A DNA stretch of 61,873 nt from a virus. Lineage: Duplodnaviria > Caudoviricetes. The stretch lies in the IMG/VR virus record IMGVR_UViG_3300025083_000021, positions 1 through 61,873 of that record. One strand, written 5' to 3'. Below the pieces are notes generated by a model. It saw only the letters and a program-made list of their open reading frames with translations. It searched no databases and had not been told where the DNA came from. A program made the position numbers and the translations under genes. Position 1 is the first letter of the stretch. Each line of letters starts with the position of its first letter. Below, one piece after another: positions 29,201 through 39,600 of the stretch.

Positions 29201-32200
29201 TGTATCATCACGTTGCATGAATAAATAGTTTACTCTAAAGTTTTCAAAACCTTTTAATATACTTTGAAGTAATAATGGATTTTTAATTTTTTCTGGTAAT
29301 GGATTATCAGACTCTATAACTTCAATGCCATTATCACCAATAGTATCTAATAGCATTCTATTTACAACAGCTCCTGTATTTGGATTATCCTGACCAAAGT
29401 AATACATGTTCCTTAATATCTCTTTTGAATCACTTAAGTTCTTTACAGCTTTTAACATTCCGTTATAAGCATCCATAAATTCAACAGGAACAATCAATGG
29501 TCTACCTTCGCTTAGTTCTTTGTTACCAAAGTAATCTACATCCTCTAATGTAGTAGTTGCTATATAAGCTCTTATACCTTCAGCAAGACTAGCAAATCCA
29601 CCAATCATTGATGCATCTTTATTAAACTGCTCAACAGTTCTTAATCCAGCTTCACTTTCAAAAAATTCATTATCAAATTCTTGATCTGCGCTTTGTTTAG
29701 TTATTATACTAAGTAATGAATTTACATCTTTTTTAATCTCGGATCTGTATAGTTCAAATGATTTACTAACATTTTCAAGTTGTTCTTTTTGAATATCAGA
29801 TTTATCATCATTAATCTCATTATCTAAACTATAAAGCCACTCAAACTCATCAAGAATATTATTTAAAATTTCCTCTGGAGTAATGTCTTCAACTTCTTCA
29901 ACTTCTTTAAACTTTGATTCAAGTTCTCTTAATTTTTTTGCTTGTGTTTGTGATGAAACATCTGTTAAAAATGTAGCTGCTATTGATCTAATCATCGGCT
30001 CTGCAATAGCACTATCCAAATATAAATATCCTATATTACGGTCTCCATCTTTGTTTGTTTCACTAACAAAATCATATGGAATTAATGCATTAGCTTCAAC
30101 AGATACACCCTCAATTAGATTTGTAGTAAAGTTATTATTTTTTACAGAAGCTGTTCTAAATTTACCAGAATCTATATTTTCAAAAAGAGTTAATAGTTCA
30201 TTCTTAGTATATGAATTAAATAATGCTTTTATCCATTCTAATATTCTATTGAATAATGATTTAATACTAGAATCTGTTTTAGTAGATCTTGGATTTTGTT
30301 TAAATAATTCAAACTCATCAGCCATGTATTCTTCAAGATATTCTTTTTCTAATCTTGAATCACTCATATCAGAATATGTATCTGCAGAGTTTTTAAATCT
30401 TTCTAGTTCTTTTCTATAGCTCTTACCTTCTTTTCTTAACTTAGCTCTAACTTCTCTTCTAGCAATAGATAAATATTTTGCTTGTTGTTCGTCTGTTAAA
30501 AGTAATCTATATACAGCATGGAATCCTTCATGATATTTAAATGGATTTGTAGCTCCTGTATATATAGTACCGTTGATAGTTAGACCACCACCTAAATTAT
30601 ATAATCCTAATGCAAAAGCACCAACACGAACACCGCCAGCTTTCATGTTATTACCTAATGTATTTATATCATCAATAGTAATAAAATCAGGTAAATTTGA
30701 TTTAGCCCAAGATTTAAATTCTTCAATATCAGCATTAGCTTGTTCAGTTGTATTTGCAGGTAATATTTTATTTGCAGCATTTAATTCATCTTCTGCTTTT
30801 CTTATTTTTTCTTTTAACTTAATTACCCGTTCATCTGTCCTCATAGCTTTAGCTATAGCAGGACCGGTTAAATCTTTAGTAACTTCAGCTTTAAGTACAT
30901 TAAGTTGTTCTTTTAAGTTTTCTAATCTTTGATCAGGTGTAAATTCTTCAGCAACTTCAGGTGCAGCTTCAACAACTCTTTCTACTTGTTGTGGTTCAGG
31001 TTTATCAATAGCTGCTTGAGCAGATTCAACTGGAACTTTTACACTTTCGCTATTAGTAGATATTGAAGCATCTATAATAGCCTGTTGTCTTGCAGAATCA
31101 GCGTTTATAAATAATCTTGGTCTAGCAATAACATCATACTGAACATTAGTTGTTGTTTTATCAAGAATCTCTTGAACACCGGCATCTATTGGAAAAGATT
31201 TTCTAAAGTTATTAAATGATATTTTTTGATCTTCTGTAACTTGATTATTAAACTTTTCTAATAGTATATCCATTTTATCTTTAGCAGATGAGTCTGCCAT
31301 TAAATCAGATATTCCTAAGTATGCAGTTTGTATAGTCTTGTATTTATTTTGACCAACACTTTGTCTTAATTGTAAATTTATTTTACCCCATGGACTAACT
31401 TGTAGTTCATATCTATACCCTTTAAGAGATGATGAAATAAATAATGAATCTTTAATTTCAGAATTAAATTCTTTATTATAAGCAATATTTTTTTCTTTAG
31501 CTTTTTCTAATTGCTTTACTGTTGTATCATCAGTAACTTCAACATCTAAATTTTCTTGTGTTGTGAGCATTGCTCTATCAACTACACCAATAAATAATTC
31601 ATTTAATTCATCACTATTAAACTGTTCAGTTTTTAATGGAACAAGTTTATATGTTCCACTAGGTAATAATACAGCTAATGCATACTTCTCAGTAATATTA
31701 GGGTTAGTAAAATTATTATTCTCATCTATTTCACCAGCTTTTTCTAAACCTTTATTAACTTTATTTATAAGTTCAACTGCTGCAGCATCTTGAAGATTTG
31801 TACGTTCAATTCTTGTTTTATTCTTTCCTTCTCCTTGGATCTGAATTATAACTTTATTACCAAATTCATCTGAAGCATTGTATTTTAACTCATCTGCTTT
31901 TTGCGGATTAGCAGCATCAAAAATTAAACCATCAATTGATTGATCTAAAGTAAAACTTTCTGATAATCCAGATAAAGGAATAAAACCATTATAGTCAGAA
32001 GCTAATGATTCGGTTGATGTGCTAAGTAATTTATTCTTTGCAAAAGATTTAATAATAATATCTAGTTTTTGTTCATCAGAAATATTCTTACCTTCTTGTA
32101 TTTTGCTAAAGTCAATTACATTTTTAGCTTGATCAATAGTAAAGTTTATAGGATCTGATACACCTTCAAACTCATAATTATCATTTTTAAAATAGGCAAA

Positions 32201-35200
32201 TATTCCTTCTGGTGAATCTGATGGCTCTAAGTTATTATCAATAAGTTTACCATTAATTCTACTAAGTGTATTACTATTACCAAAAGCTAACCCTATTATA
32301 GATTTAGCTTGAATATTTTCTACTAAAGGATTAGAAGGTTGATCTCCAATAGTTAATTTACCTTTAGCTGTTCCTCCTTCAGGATCCTTTCTATATACTA
32401 TTACTAATTGATCCTTTTCTTCTTCTGTTAAATTAGAAATTATAAACTCATATCGCTCTCTTGCCTTTGCATTTGTCTCACCAGTTTCTCTATTAACATG
32501 TGGATATGGTTGTATTATATCTCTAATATCTAGCTTAGATACATTATCTGGTAAATCAACAATCTCTAATTTTTGTAAAGTATAAAAGTTTTCAAACTCT
32601 CCAGGTTTTAATTCTTTAATAAAATCTAATCTGTTAGGATCAGAATTTTTATCTGAAGGAATTATCTCTAATATATTTCCTTTAGCCTCAATATCTTTTG
32701 GACTGGTTAATACTATAAACTCATTACCATTTCTATCATAAACAAAATTACCTACTTTTAATACGGTATTATCAAATACATATTTTGTTGTATCTGGAAC
32801 TGCAGCTTCAATTTTTGTAAATGCATTTAGAGCTTGTTCAGATGTTGTAAATAAAGCATCTTCTGCAATATTTAATGAAGTTAATATTTCTGGTGAAATA
32901 TCTTTTCCAAAGTTATCTTTTATTTTATATGATAAAACTTCATTGCCATCTGAATCTAATGTTTTAATTTCAACAATTGATACGTTAGGTCCTTTTCTAA
33001 CTACACGTTTGTTAGTATCTCCTCTAACTGTACTTCCTTCTTCAGGTAATAATTCTTTTTGACCTATTAATTCATCAATTGTTAGATTAACAGAATTCAA
33101 TACTTCTAATACTCCCGGATCATTTCTACCTTCTTCACTTCTCAACCAATCAACTAAACCAGCATCTGCTTTTATTTGCTCTTCTGTTAATGAGTTATCA
33201 GCATTAATTAATAAGTCATTTGCTACCCATAATTGTTTAATTGTAAAAAATGCTTCTTTATGATTTTTTCCTGCTTCACTATTTAACCATTCATTATATT
33301 TTAATGGTTTTTGATTTAATGATGCTGCCCTAGAAGAATATTCTTCATATGCAAGTTTCAGTGAGTTAGATAATAAAGGAGTAATTGTTTTTGAAACTTG
33401 TACTCCTACACCTTCTGAAATATCTTGTAAGTCTTTATTTTCTAATTCTACTTCTTCTTCCTGAATTTCTTCTTCTACTTTATCAGGTCTAGTTGCATTA
33501 TATATTCCAATCTTTTCATTTATATCTTTTAACTTTTCTGGATTATTAATTGCTGTTACCTCACCACTATCATTATAAAAATTACGTAGCTGACTAGAAT
33601 CTCCTGTAAGTAAAAATGATTCTACTTGATCTGGATCTGGTATAATATCTAATTTATCTAATTGATTTAATAGTATATTTCTTTCCTGAATACCAACATA
33701 TTCTTCTATTTGTTTTTTAAATATATTTCTTGCATTTTTAAATGTATTTTTAAAAGTATCATATGATGATTTAAATACTCTATCAAATTTTTCTGGTATT
33801 AAGAAAGACTCTAAAGATTCACTATAAACTTTAGCACTACCCTTTAAAGAATTATAATCAATAATATCTCTTAATGCATCCTCTATAACTGCATCATTAA
33901 CAAAACTATCTTCTGAAGCAGCTAAGAATTTAACATATTCACTAAATGCAGATTTTATTTTATTTGCATTTTTTCTAGCAAATGAACCTTTTTTAGTTAA
34001 ATTTTTTGGATCTGTAACAATATCTTTAAACTTACTTAACTTTTTAATTTTTTCAGTTTTAAACTTTAAAGTATCTTTATCTTCTTTAAGATCTGATTCT
34101 TTTAATAGCTCTGCTTCTGTTGTTAATAAAGCTATTTCTTTATTAATAGATTCAGGACTCATTAACACAGTAATGTCAGATGCAGCCATGTTTTTAAATA
34201 AAGGTTCAGTCTCAAGTCTTTCAAAAATTCTAGTACTTCTTTCTAATGCTTTATCAAAACTATCTTGTGTAAACATATACAAGAATCTAGTATGATCATC
34301 TGCTAGTTTCTTAAATGACTCTTCTTGATATTCTCTTGATCCTTTTTTAAATGCTGATGGATCAAATCTAGGAGGAATTAGATCATATGCTTTTTCATAT
34401 CTTTCTTCCATAGTATCTATTTCACCTATCATGGAAGTAAGTTTTTGTCTAATATCTCCTGCCTTTTTATCTTTTTTATTTGTAGAAAATGCATCTGTTA
34501 GATCTTGATCAGATAGTTTTAGATAATCTTCTAGCTGCTCTCTAAATAAATCTTGACCTCCTGTACTATATATGTGATATAAAGCTGTAAATTTAGAACG
34601 GTCTTGTTCATTCTCAAATTCAAATTTATCAGCATCAAAATTTGCAGACTCTAAGTTTTTTGAAATTTGTTTTTGATTTAAAAAATTAAATTTACTTCTG
34701 TCAAAAAATGCACCTGGATCCTCTTCATTAGCTTTCCATGCAGTATTATATGAATCTACTACATCATTTATATATTTTGTTCTTGCTTCTTTTTGTTCTT
34801 GATATGCTACTGGATCTTTAATTCTATTATATACAGCAGGTAATCCTTGGAAAAATAGTTTTTGTGGACCTTGTACTATACCACCCATTAAGAAACCGGA
34901 CATAAAAGTTTCAAAACCTTTTGCTGAGAATTGTTCGTTTATTGCAGAGCCAACTGCTGAATCAAATAATCCTATACCACCAGCTAATGGATCTTCTAAT
35001 AAACCTGTATAATAAGCTTTAGTACCTGCAGATATAGCTTCTTGACTTACTTCTTGGATACCCTCTCCAAAGTTAGCAGCAAAAAATCTTAACCCATTAC
35101 CAGCAATCTTTTGAACATTACCTTTTACACCAGCTTTACCAATTGACTTCATCAAACCTTTAAAGCCATCACCAACATATTCAAATGGAACATCTTTATT

Positions 35201-36595
35201 TCCAGTCTTAATTAATTTAGAAGGTAGACCTTTTAGATTTTGTTTAGTTAATCTATTAAATGATTTTTGAAATCCACCTAAAGAATTACCTAATACTAAA
35301 TCATTTGTTAAAAGAAGTATTGGAGTGTTAACAAGAGAAGTATAAAAAGCAGATTCATTAGCTCTGTTTTCTATTTCTGTCATTTGTTCAGCTGTTACAG
35401 GATCACCAAAATTTTCAACAGACTTTAAACCCATCCCTGTTTCAATCATATCATTATATGCAAAACCTCCTTCAAGTTTTGCTTCAGCAAGAGTATAGTT
35501 TAAACGTCTTACATCTCTATAAAAAGCACCTGCAGTTTGAGAAGCCTTGGCAAGATTAGTAAGATTCTGAGCTGTATTAGCTGTAGTTTTCCAATTTCTT
35601 ATAGTAGCAGCTGTTTGTGGAGCAATTATATCAGCTCCAAAATTTAAACCTGATTTTACAGCTCTTCTAAAATCAAATGCTCTATCAACATTATTAAGAC
35701 CTTTTGCAAAATTTCTTGATGCATTCAAAGCTGTACCTATACTAGTAGTTAATGCACCAAGTCTTCCTATATTTTGACCAGTTCTAAAAGCAGCAAATGG
35801 AGATGTAGCACCTCCGGTTCCTGCAACTGCTAATGCTAATGCAGCTTCTTCTACAGCTATAGAACTAATTGTACCAAATGTATATGCACTATTTAATAAA
35901 AGATTATTGGTAAATCCAAAAACACCACCTCTGCTTGAACTACCAATCATCATTGCTTCTTCAAACTCTTCAGCTGTTGTTGTATCCGGTCCTGTAAAAT
36001 ATGAATCAGAATCAAATAAATCACCATAACTTCTGTAAGCACTTTTAAATGCGCTACCTACTAAACTAGTAAATTGTCCGCCCATTCTACTTAAATCATC
36101 CCACATTGTAGAATTAGCATTGTAGTATTCTTCATTATTTGCATATGGAGAAAATCCTAGTTTATTAAATTTTGGATGATTATAATATCTTAAAAATTGA
36201 GTTTGTTTTGCCGATGCATATTGTGGTGCAACAATTCCAGGTAAATCAGATTTATCAATAGGTGCATTAGCTATACTTTGCAAATACTCTTTATCAGAAG
36301 GTGTAATTGGATTTTGTTGTTTAACTGGATCATACGTATTTGATGAGTATGAAGGATTTATATCAGCATAATTACCAACAGTTTGAACATTAGAAGTACT
36401 AATTATATCACCCATTGCTTTTATAGCATCTACTCTTTCCTGATCCAATAAAGCAATTTGATTATCAATTATCTCTGTATCAAATAATGATTCTATTGGT
36501 GTAAACTCATAACCAACATTTGGAATACCATTATCTGTTCTTTCATTGCTTTTAATCTCAGTACTTAAACTACTATTGTCCAATTGATTTATCAT
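23207..36595 (-). CDS. Virion-packaged RNA polymerase polyprotein (crAss-like) with an internal zincin protease domain
   Basis: 4462 aa. RIPSQ...GSDFDIDK catalytic motif (nt 26108-26122); HEGFH...EEYMADEF (nt 30518-30532); Gly/Ala-rich hydrophobic N-terminal segments. Confidence 0.9.
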   Translation of the reverse strand: MINQLDNSSLSTEIKSNERTDNGIPNVGYEFTPIESLFDTEIIDNQIALLDQERVDAIKAMGDIISTSNVQTVGNYADINPSYSSNTYDPVKQQNPITPSDKEYLQSIANAPIDKSDLPGIVAPQYASAKQTQFLRYYNHPKFNKLGFSPYANNEEYYNANSTMWDDLSRMGGQFTSLVGSAFKSAYRSYGDLFDSDSYFTGPDTTTAEEFEEAMMIGSSSRGGVFGFTNNLLLNSAYTFGTISSIAVEEAALALAVAGTGGATSPFAAFRTGQNIGRLGALTTSIGTALNASRNFAKGLNNVDRAFDFRRAVKSGLNFGADIIAPQTAATIRNWKTTANTAQNLTNLAKASQTAGAFYRDVRRLNYTLAEAKLEGGFAYNDMIETGMGLKSVENFGDPVTAEQMTEIENRANESAFYTSLVNTPILLLTNDLVLGNSLGGFQKSFNRLTKQNLKGLPSKLIKTGNKDVPFEYVGDGFKGLMKSIGKAGVKGNVQKIAGNGLRFFAANFGEGIQEVSQEAISAGTKAYYTGLLEDPLAGGIGLFDSAVGSAINEQFSAKGFETFMSGFLMGGIVQGPQKLFFQGLPAVYNRIKDPVAYQEQKEARTKYINDVVDSYNTAWKANEEDPGAFFDRSKFNFLNQKQISKNLESANFDADKFEFENEQDRSKFTALYHIYSTGGQDLFREQLEDYLKLSDQDLTDAFSTNKKDKKAGDIRQKLTSMIGEIDTMEERYEKAYDLIPPRFDPSAFKKGSREYQEESFKKLADDHTRFLYMFTQDSFDKALERSTRIFERLETEPLFKNMAASDITVLMSPESINKEIALLTTEAELLKESDLKEDKDTLKFKTEKIKKLSKFKDIVTDPKNLTKKGSFARKNANKIKSAFSEYVKFLAASEDSFVNDAVIEDALRDIIDYNSLKGSAKVYSESLESFLIPEKFDRVFKSSYDTFKNTFKNARNIFKKQIEEYVGIQERNILLNQLDKLDIIPDPDQVESFLLTGDSSQLRNFYNDSGEVTAINNPEKLKDINEKIGIYNATRPDKVEEEIQEEEVELENKDLQDISEGVGVQVSKTITPLLSNSLKLAYEEYSSRAASLNQKPLKYNEWLNSEAGKNHKEAFFTIKQLWVANDLLINADNSLTEEQIKADAGLVDWLRSEEGRNDPGVLEVLNSVNLTIDELIGQKELLPEEGSTVRGDTNKRVVRKGPNVSIVEIKTLDSDGNEVLSYKIKDNFGKDISPEILTSLNIAEDALFTTSEQALNAFTKIEAAVPDTTKYVFDNTVLKVGNFVYDRNGNEFIVLTSPKDIEAKGNILEIIPSDKNSDPNRLDFIKELKPGEFENFYTLQKLEIVDLPDNVSKLDIRDIIQPYPHVNRETGETNAKARERYEFIISNLTEEEKDQLVIVYRKDPEGGTAKGKLTIGDQPSNPLVENIQAKSIIGLAFGNSNTLSRINGKLIDNNLEPSDSPEGIFAYFKNDNYEFEGVSDPINFTIDQAKNVIDFSKIQEGKNISDEQKLDIIIKSFAKNKLLSTSTESLASDYNGFIPLSGLSESFTLDQSIDGLIFDAANPQKADELKYNASDEFGNKVIIQIQGEGKNKTRIERTNLQDAAAVELINKVNKGLEKAGEIDENNNFTNPNITEKYALAVLLPSGTYKLVPLKTEQFNSDELNELFIGVVDRAMLTTQENLDVEVTDDTTVKQLEKAKEKNIAYNKEFNSEIKDSLFISSSLKGYRYELQVSPWGKINLQLRQSVGQNKYKTIQTAYLGISDLMADSSAKDKMDILLEKFNNQVTEDQKISFNNFRKSFPIDAGVQEILDKTTTNVQYDVIARPRLFINADSARQQAIIDASISTNSESVKVPVESAQAAIDKPEPQQVERVVEAAPEVAEEFTPDQRLENLKEQLNVLKAEVTKDLTGPAIAKAMRTDERVIKLKEKIRKAEDELNAANKILPANTTEQANADIEEFKSWAKSNLPDFITIDDINTLGNNMKAGGVRVGAFALGLYNLGGGLTINGTIYTGATNPFKYHEGFHAVYRLLLTDEQQAKYLSIARREVRAKLRKEGKSYRKELERFKNSADTYSDMSDSRLEKEYLEEYMADEFELFKQNPRSTKTDSSIKSLFNRILEWIKALFNSYTKNELLTLFENIDSGKFRTASVKNNNFTTNLIEGVSVEANALIPYDFVSETNKDGDRNIGYLYLDSAIAEPMIRSIAATFLTDVSSQTQAKKLRELESKFKEVEEVEDITPEEILNNILDEFEWLYSLDNEINDDKSDIQKEQLENVSKSFELYRSEIKKDVNSLLSIITKQSADQEFDNEFFESEAGLRTVEQFNKDASMIGGFASLAEGIRAYIATTTLEDVDYFGNKELSEGRPLIVPVEFMDAYNGMLKAVKNLSDSKEILRNMYYFGQDNPNTGAVVNRMLLDTIGDNGIEVIESDNPLPEKIKNPLLLQSILKGFENFRVNYLFMQRDDTGGSLIYSAANRDDVNSQLSRWSQAWVQASKKIKSDKTFKDGAIEAINKFRVYLEGTQLIDDLQLDRISKETSQDLFNYTGIRLSKKYIAFSIAYNRESRTPKQETNYNANQYVLPIDSADIEQLQRSIESNGDIFDPGIEGMSSRLNKMSENNAEFDETVGAPVFKNPNGDLVYAHQLPTFHLKQVEALNNTEELNDLRDGYLENNYLLNDPAFIKLSDKSKLRVTRIAGSLVGKLNETEEEINARLTGISDRSAYGDFTPRELVLSLLNFYTSNYNTKSGKVETVEYEDNLTDQTMTAALAPVLIRVMEASNTGDLLSLPVIKTVELVKGKTKLTEKALNIYLEQIDNEFKRIQRESNSETKSEERLGYNDTDTGRAFKFYNTGLLLDQNIKEGLEEKAKTNFDISLKEALSSLNKTEGQFKKDLEKKLNDEFEKFDQLLVELGAKDLTSNAINKGLSSAPELNLINDKEYNLKQIFFNDWINTTAINEVLLGDQAVSLKDAVDKTKRGKGQNGAFYSSESNFTAPEYGINHPNKEISYVALEEPIGVSSIGGKSIDRADGQLYMTTKAFRYTRFGIGKLTAAQAELLDRVERGEYIPSYSIFEPGGYASNKEMLNSKKMVYFDGKTYLKMSAFVLTPELTSNPDGTAKPSREALHNLRIKLEAIEKETNTIAMASPLSASKMMKQKVNSLTTLDNTEEFENGYSTLETKYFGLQVLNPSNKLETTDPTQIKALVTSEQDDSVEVEGLNMTVGKIREEYNKATNRRLVLKYKNNRNLIFTFDKAMKEVAEFKITGKITPNLSIFLDYATESLKASKSSSNLLEFFSKQNGEQKYNLNNPITVNKFEELFLSFFSKGVLSEKIPGETLSLVSDFGMKVYRRVYEVDADGNPVRSEVIREKQWEKLEDKPEVFTLSNLTNDQIPAEGIVVLDRLRTGLMEYTNPKDPKTATGQRYSEGLVPAHHASVRNLIENTAANIPEVISKMFAVRIPSQDNHSTMNVKLVDFLPTVNGSSAMFPQELVEIAGSDFDIDKVFTQIKEFYVEDNKFYEYGATEGREYKDYIKYVNEKVNENTPYAKGYRLYETQGLNIEDSYTDAEMLALNDLGFTDKSIKALTALGLPVSKKQYEDYKSKYGEPYEAAYNNEILDYKYALMGNRGVTEAKEGTPISYTPAGLEILTDKETQTGILEVLEELLPGLKEKNREDNVDVDNILGKIKAWMANKGAAIGAIVLPNTYLSLLTEYKSKLKGPAPVFNDRAYNDFGVLNEILSDGTKGDRKQDIISSLITAMTDNAKERLAAKLGLNRHSLSIVANATALGIPLKTSLLLVNNPLITSIYDQAFNKKEKTDPGVKNILKQQIDNLTEVRKIKPASISDDILINYYNEEFPVEKTEEVITEEAPVEEVVKEDKPDGRAEDIKLGILLEFQKLLDIKDFTSKMSAVTTLSNGLGKNIADINKRVNDISDLFAKGALIDLNKVFRGSTWQSGYLKIFEQFYNDIAPAAFVSGTENFRSILNDLYKSIKTNTLDFTEEVESKISRDLLSYLTIKAYQKNKLDTNSQSVATLNNSYIYPTVEGGQYKTITDTINTLREQEDLKDNFFVQNFAISNPADDQSNTTGLELLEANTFRNLNQAQMIDLQTSFARLYGSVKYKQDAIDIVNYMMVKDGLQIGYASLIQAISPFMMEQYLNHVDTASNALRSNNNELITSTFGLNFEDLKSEFIEGYLLSNRSNTLLNNYNFTTTLTGDLIKPEDVNIVDDTLTAKSEDVNPLFVRVTDTFEGRDFTKVTYKTYRLTGADKDVATYTEVETTGSNQQNPIGFMFGDRPTYNQVREYVKSREKKEDTVEEEQQLDRIDQVKQRAAQAPGANIEVTSDGIVKINDKNIADITPTEKNLKVEKVEEYTDIDPDLIDELDNINEDAQQLTSDLFNELQKFNEEINDNYTIIENFWDSNIQFNKEIKNSLRENNNILSLEDLIKEYEDGIYKDQEEFVEQIKKCNL

Positions 36596-36631
36596 TTATT
36601 TTAATATAAATTATGTTGTAAATATAAACTA

Positions 36632-39600
36632 TTATTTACTACCGTTCATCTTAACGTCTCTTGCTTTTTTCTGATCATTCATGTTTTTATTTACTTCAAA
36701 TGCAGTAAATATTGTTTCATTCATAATTTTATCAAATTGCAAACCTTTATCTGACTGACCACGTAAATCTATAATTCTAGACATTTCTTCCGTAGGTGTA
36801 TATTGCCCGCCATCCTGATACATATTAAATTTATAAGTAACATAATAATAATCATCAGCTGGTTTGGTTATTGAATAATCACCTGTAGGCATACTATCAA
36901 TACCCGGATATTTTTTATCTACAAAGTTATTTGTACTAAGTTCTACTTCACTCATTAATGGCGAATAATATTCTTGTGATCTTGCTTTAGGATTAACATC
37001 TTCTTGTTGATCAAAAATTATAGTAATACCATCCTGAAGAGCTTCTATCTGATCACTTGTAAATACACCTGTTTCAAAACTTTCTCCACCTTTTTGAAAA
37101 GAATTTAACCATTGTGCATTTGGTTTTATTGTAATACTAGCTTTTGATTTTGTAAGATCATCAGTTGAACCAAATACAGGACTATATTCTAATTGAAATT
37201 GTGGTACATTCTTAATACTGGTTTTAGTTGCTTTATCTGTTGTCAAATAAAAATTAACATTATCAGCAAGAACATCAAATAATTTATTAGCTAAATCACT
37301 TTGCTTTAAATAATCTTCTTTACTTTCAACTTGATCTCCTACTACAATTCCATATTTAGAACCTCTTGATTCAAGACTATTCTTTTGCATTAAAAGCCTA
37401 ATAAAGTCTTCTTTGGCATCATCAGACATTGAAGCAGGATTTACATCTGTTGCATATATTGGATATGGTTCTAAATCATCATCTTGTCCAGATCTTCCCC
37501 TTCTAGCATCTAGTAGTGAAGGAAGACCAGCATAATTTTTACTATTTTTTAATTTATTATTTAATATTTTATATGCTCTCCTAGCATCATTTTCAATAGT
37601 AACTTTATCTAAAGTAGTAGAAGGTCTAGCACCTGATCCTAAGTCTCTTATATCAGTACTTTTATTACCTTCATTATCTACATATACTTGTAAAGGTGCT
37701 GCACCGCCAAGAATCTTAGAACCAGTTCTCATTACCCCAGAAGTTTCTCGAATTATATAATCAGAACTTGATGTACCTTTATCTATACCGTATAAATCTA
37801 CATTTGTTAACTTACCTTTTTCTGCTAATTGTAAAGCTTTAGCAATATATTCTTCTTCTGATACTTTACCATTTTTATCTATAATATCTGGAAAACCAGA
37901 CTCTAATAATAAACGTGAATTATCTTTACCTTTACCGGCTAAAGTTTCTTTTTTAACATTTTGATATAATTTTAAAACTTCATCATTAGCAGAGGTAAAA
38001 TTTTTATATAAAGCATCTTCTTGATTAGATATGCTATTCATACCATGAAGTTTATTATAAAAATTTGTATACTTTGAGTCTGCAATTAATGAAGGATGTT
38101 GTTTACTTGCCATACTTGCACCTTCTTGTTGATCTGTAAAGCTGGTAAAGTTATCTATTTCTTTTTCTATAGCATCAATGTTTATATAGTTACCAAATTC
38201 ATCTTTTGCTTCTAATGCTTTTCTTATTTTTTGTAGTGATCCGCTTACAGTTTCTCCATTATCTAATGTAATCGTATAGGAGCCGGTACCTCCATCTCCT
38301 TTTGGATTAAACATAAGCTTACCATCTATTATGGTTTCTATCTTTTGCTGAAGAAATTTATTAGAATCTTCACTATATATTTGTGCATTTTCTAATTGTT
38401 TATCGCGTATTATTTTACCTTCATCATCTACAGCAGCTAATATTTGTGATGGACCTCCTGCTTTAGCTTTTCTTTGTCCTAACAAATCAACAAGCATTTT
38501 TTGCCTAGGATCTAATATTTCACCTTTTTCCATAGCTAATTTTCTTTTATTAGCTAAATCTAAGTCTGATCTATATTTTATTAATTCTTTTGCACGTCGA
38601 TGCCTAACTTTATCTCTTTTAAGTTCATTAACTTTATAATCTAAATTATAATCACGCATACTAAAATCACGTGCAGCTTTAGTTAAATCACTACCAATAC
38701 TATTCATCAAAATTAATTGATAAGCTTTTTGTAATGTACCATTATAATCTTTAACAGGAGTTTTTGAAACATCTTTAATATTCTGCATAGATGCTAATGC
38801 TGCTTTTGTAGCCTCATATGAATTATACTGTTCTCTCATTATTTTTTCATCTTGAGAACCAGGTATAATACCATTATTTTTTGCATATGTCTCCCAATTA
38901 GTTACACCATTAGCTTCTCTCTGTAAAGCTTTGGTTGTCTTTTGCATTAAGAAATCATTTTGTTTTCCAATAAGATCAATAGTTTGTTGGGCCCATGCTT
39001 GTTGTCCTTCTTGAATAGATGAAAACTCTCCTGTTCTAACTCCTTCATCAGCAAAGTCTCTTCCTTTAACAAATGCTTGAGTATAATAAGCTCTCTGAAC
39101 TGCAGGATCATCAATAAATCTATTCTTAATCATTTCTAAAGCTGGTCCTGTAACTAACTCACCATTGGTTTGTGTTATAATAAAATCAGCATCTGTATTA
39201 AAACGTCTATTTTTACCTTCGCCTACAAATAAATTCATAGGTGCGGTTATCTTTAATGGAGGATCTAGTTCAGATAAATATTTTTCTGCCATCTGATATA
39301 GATTAACATCATCAACATACCTTGGCATTCCCATAGCAAGAGCAGCATCACCAGATGCATTTTGAAAATCTTGCATCTTATATTGTAAATCTTTTATACC
39401 AGTTTCCCACCATTTACCTCTTTGTTCTTCATCAGGAGAATCAAGCAATCTATTTGCATATGCCATTTCATTCTGATAATTAGTGGTATATAACATGTCC
39501 TTTACAAGAAGATCATCTTCATAAAAAGGTGCAAATACAGCTTTTGCAGAATCAACATTTTGTTGTATAGATAAATCTAAACCTGATATTTTTTCAATAG

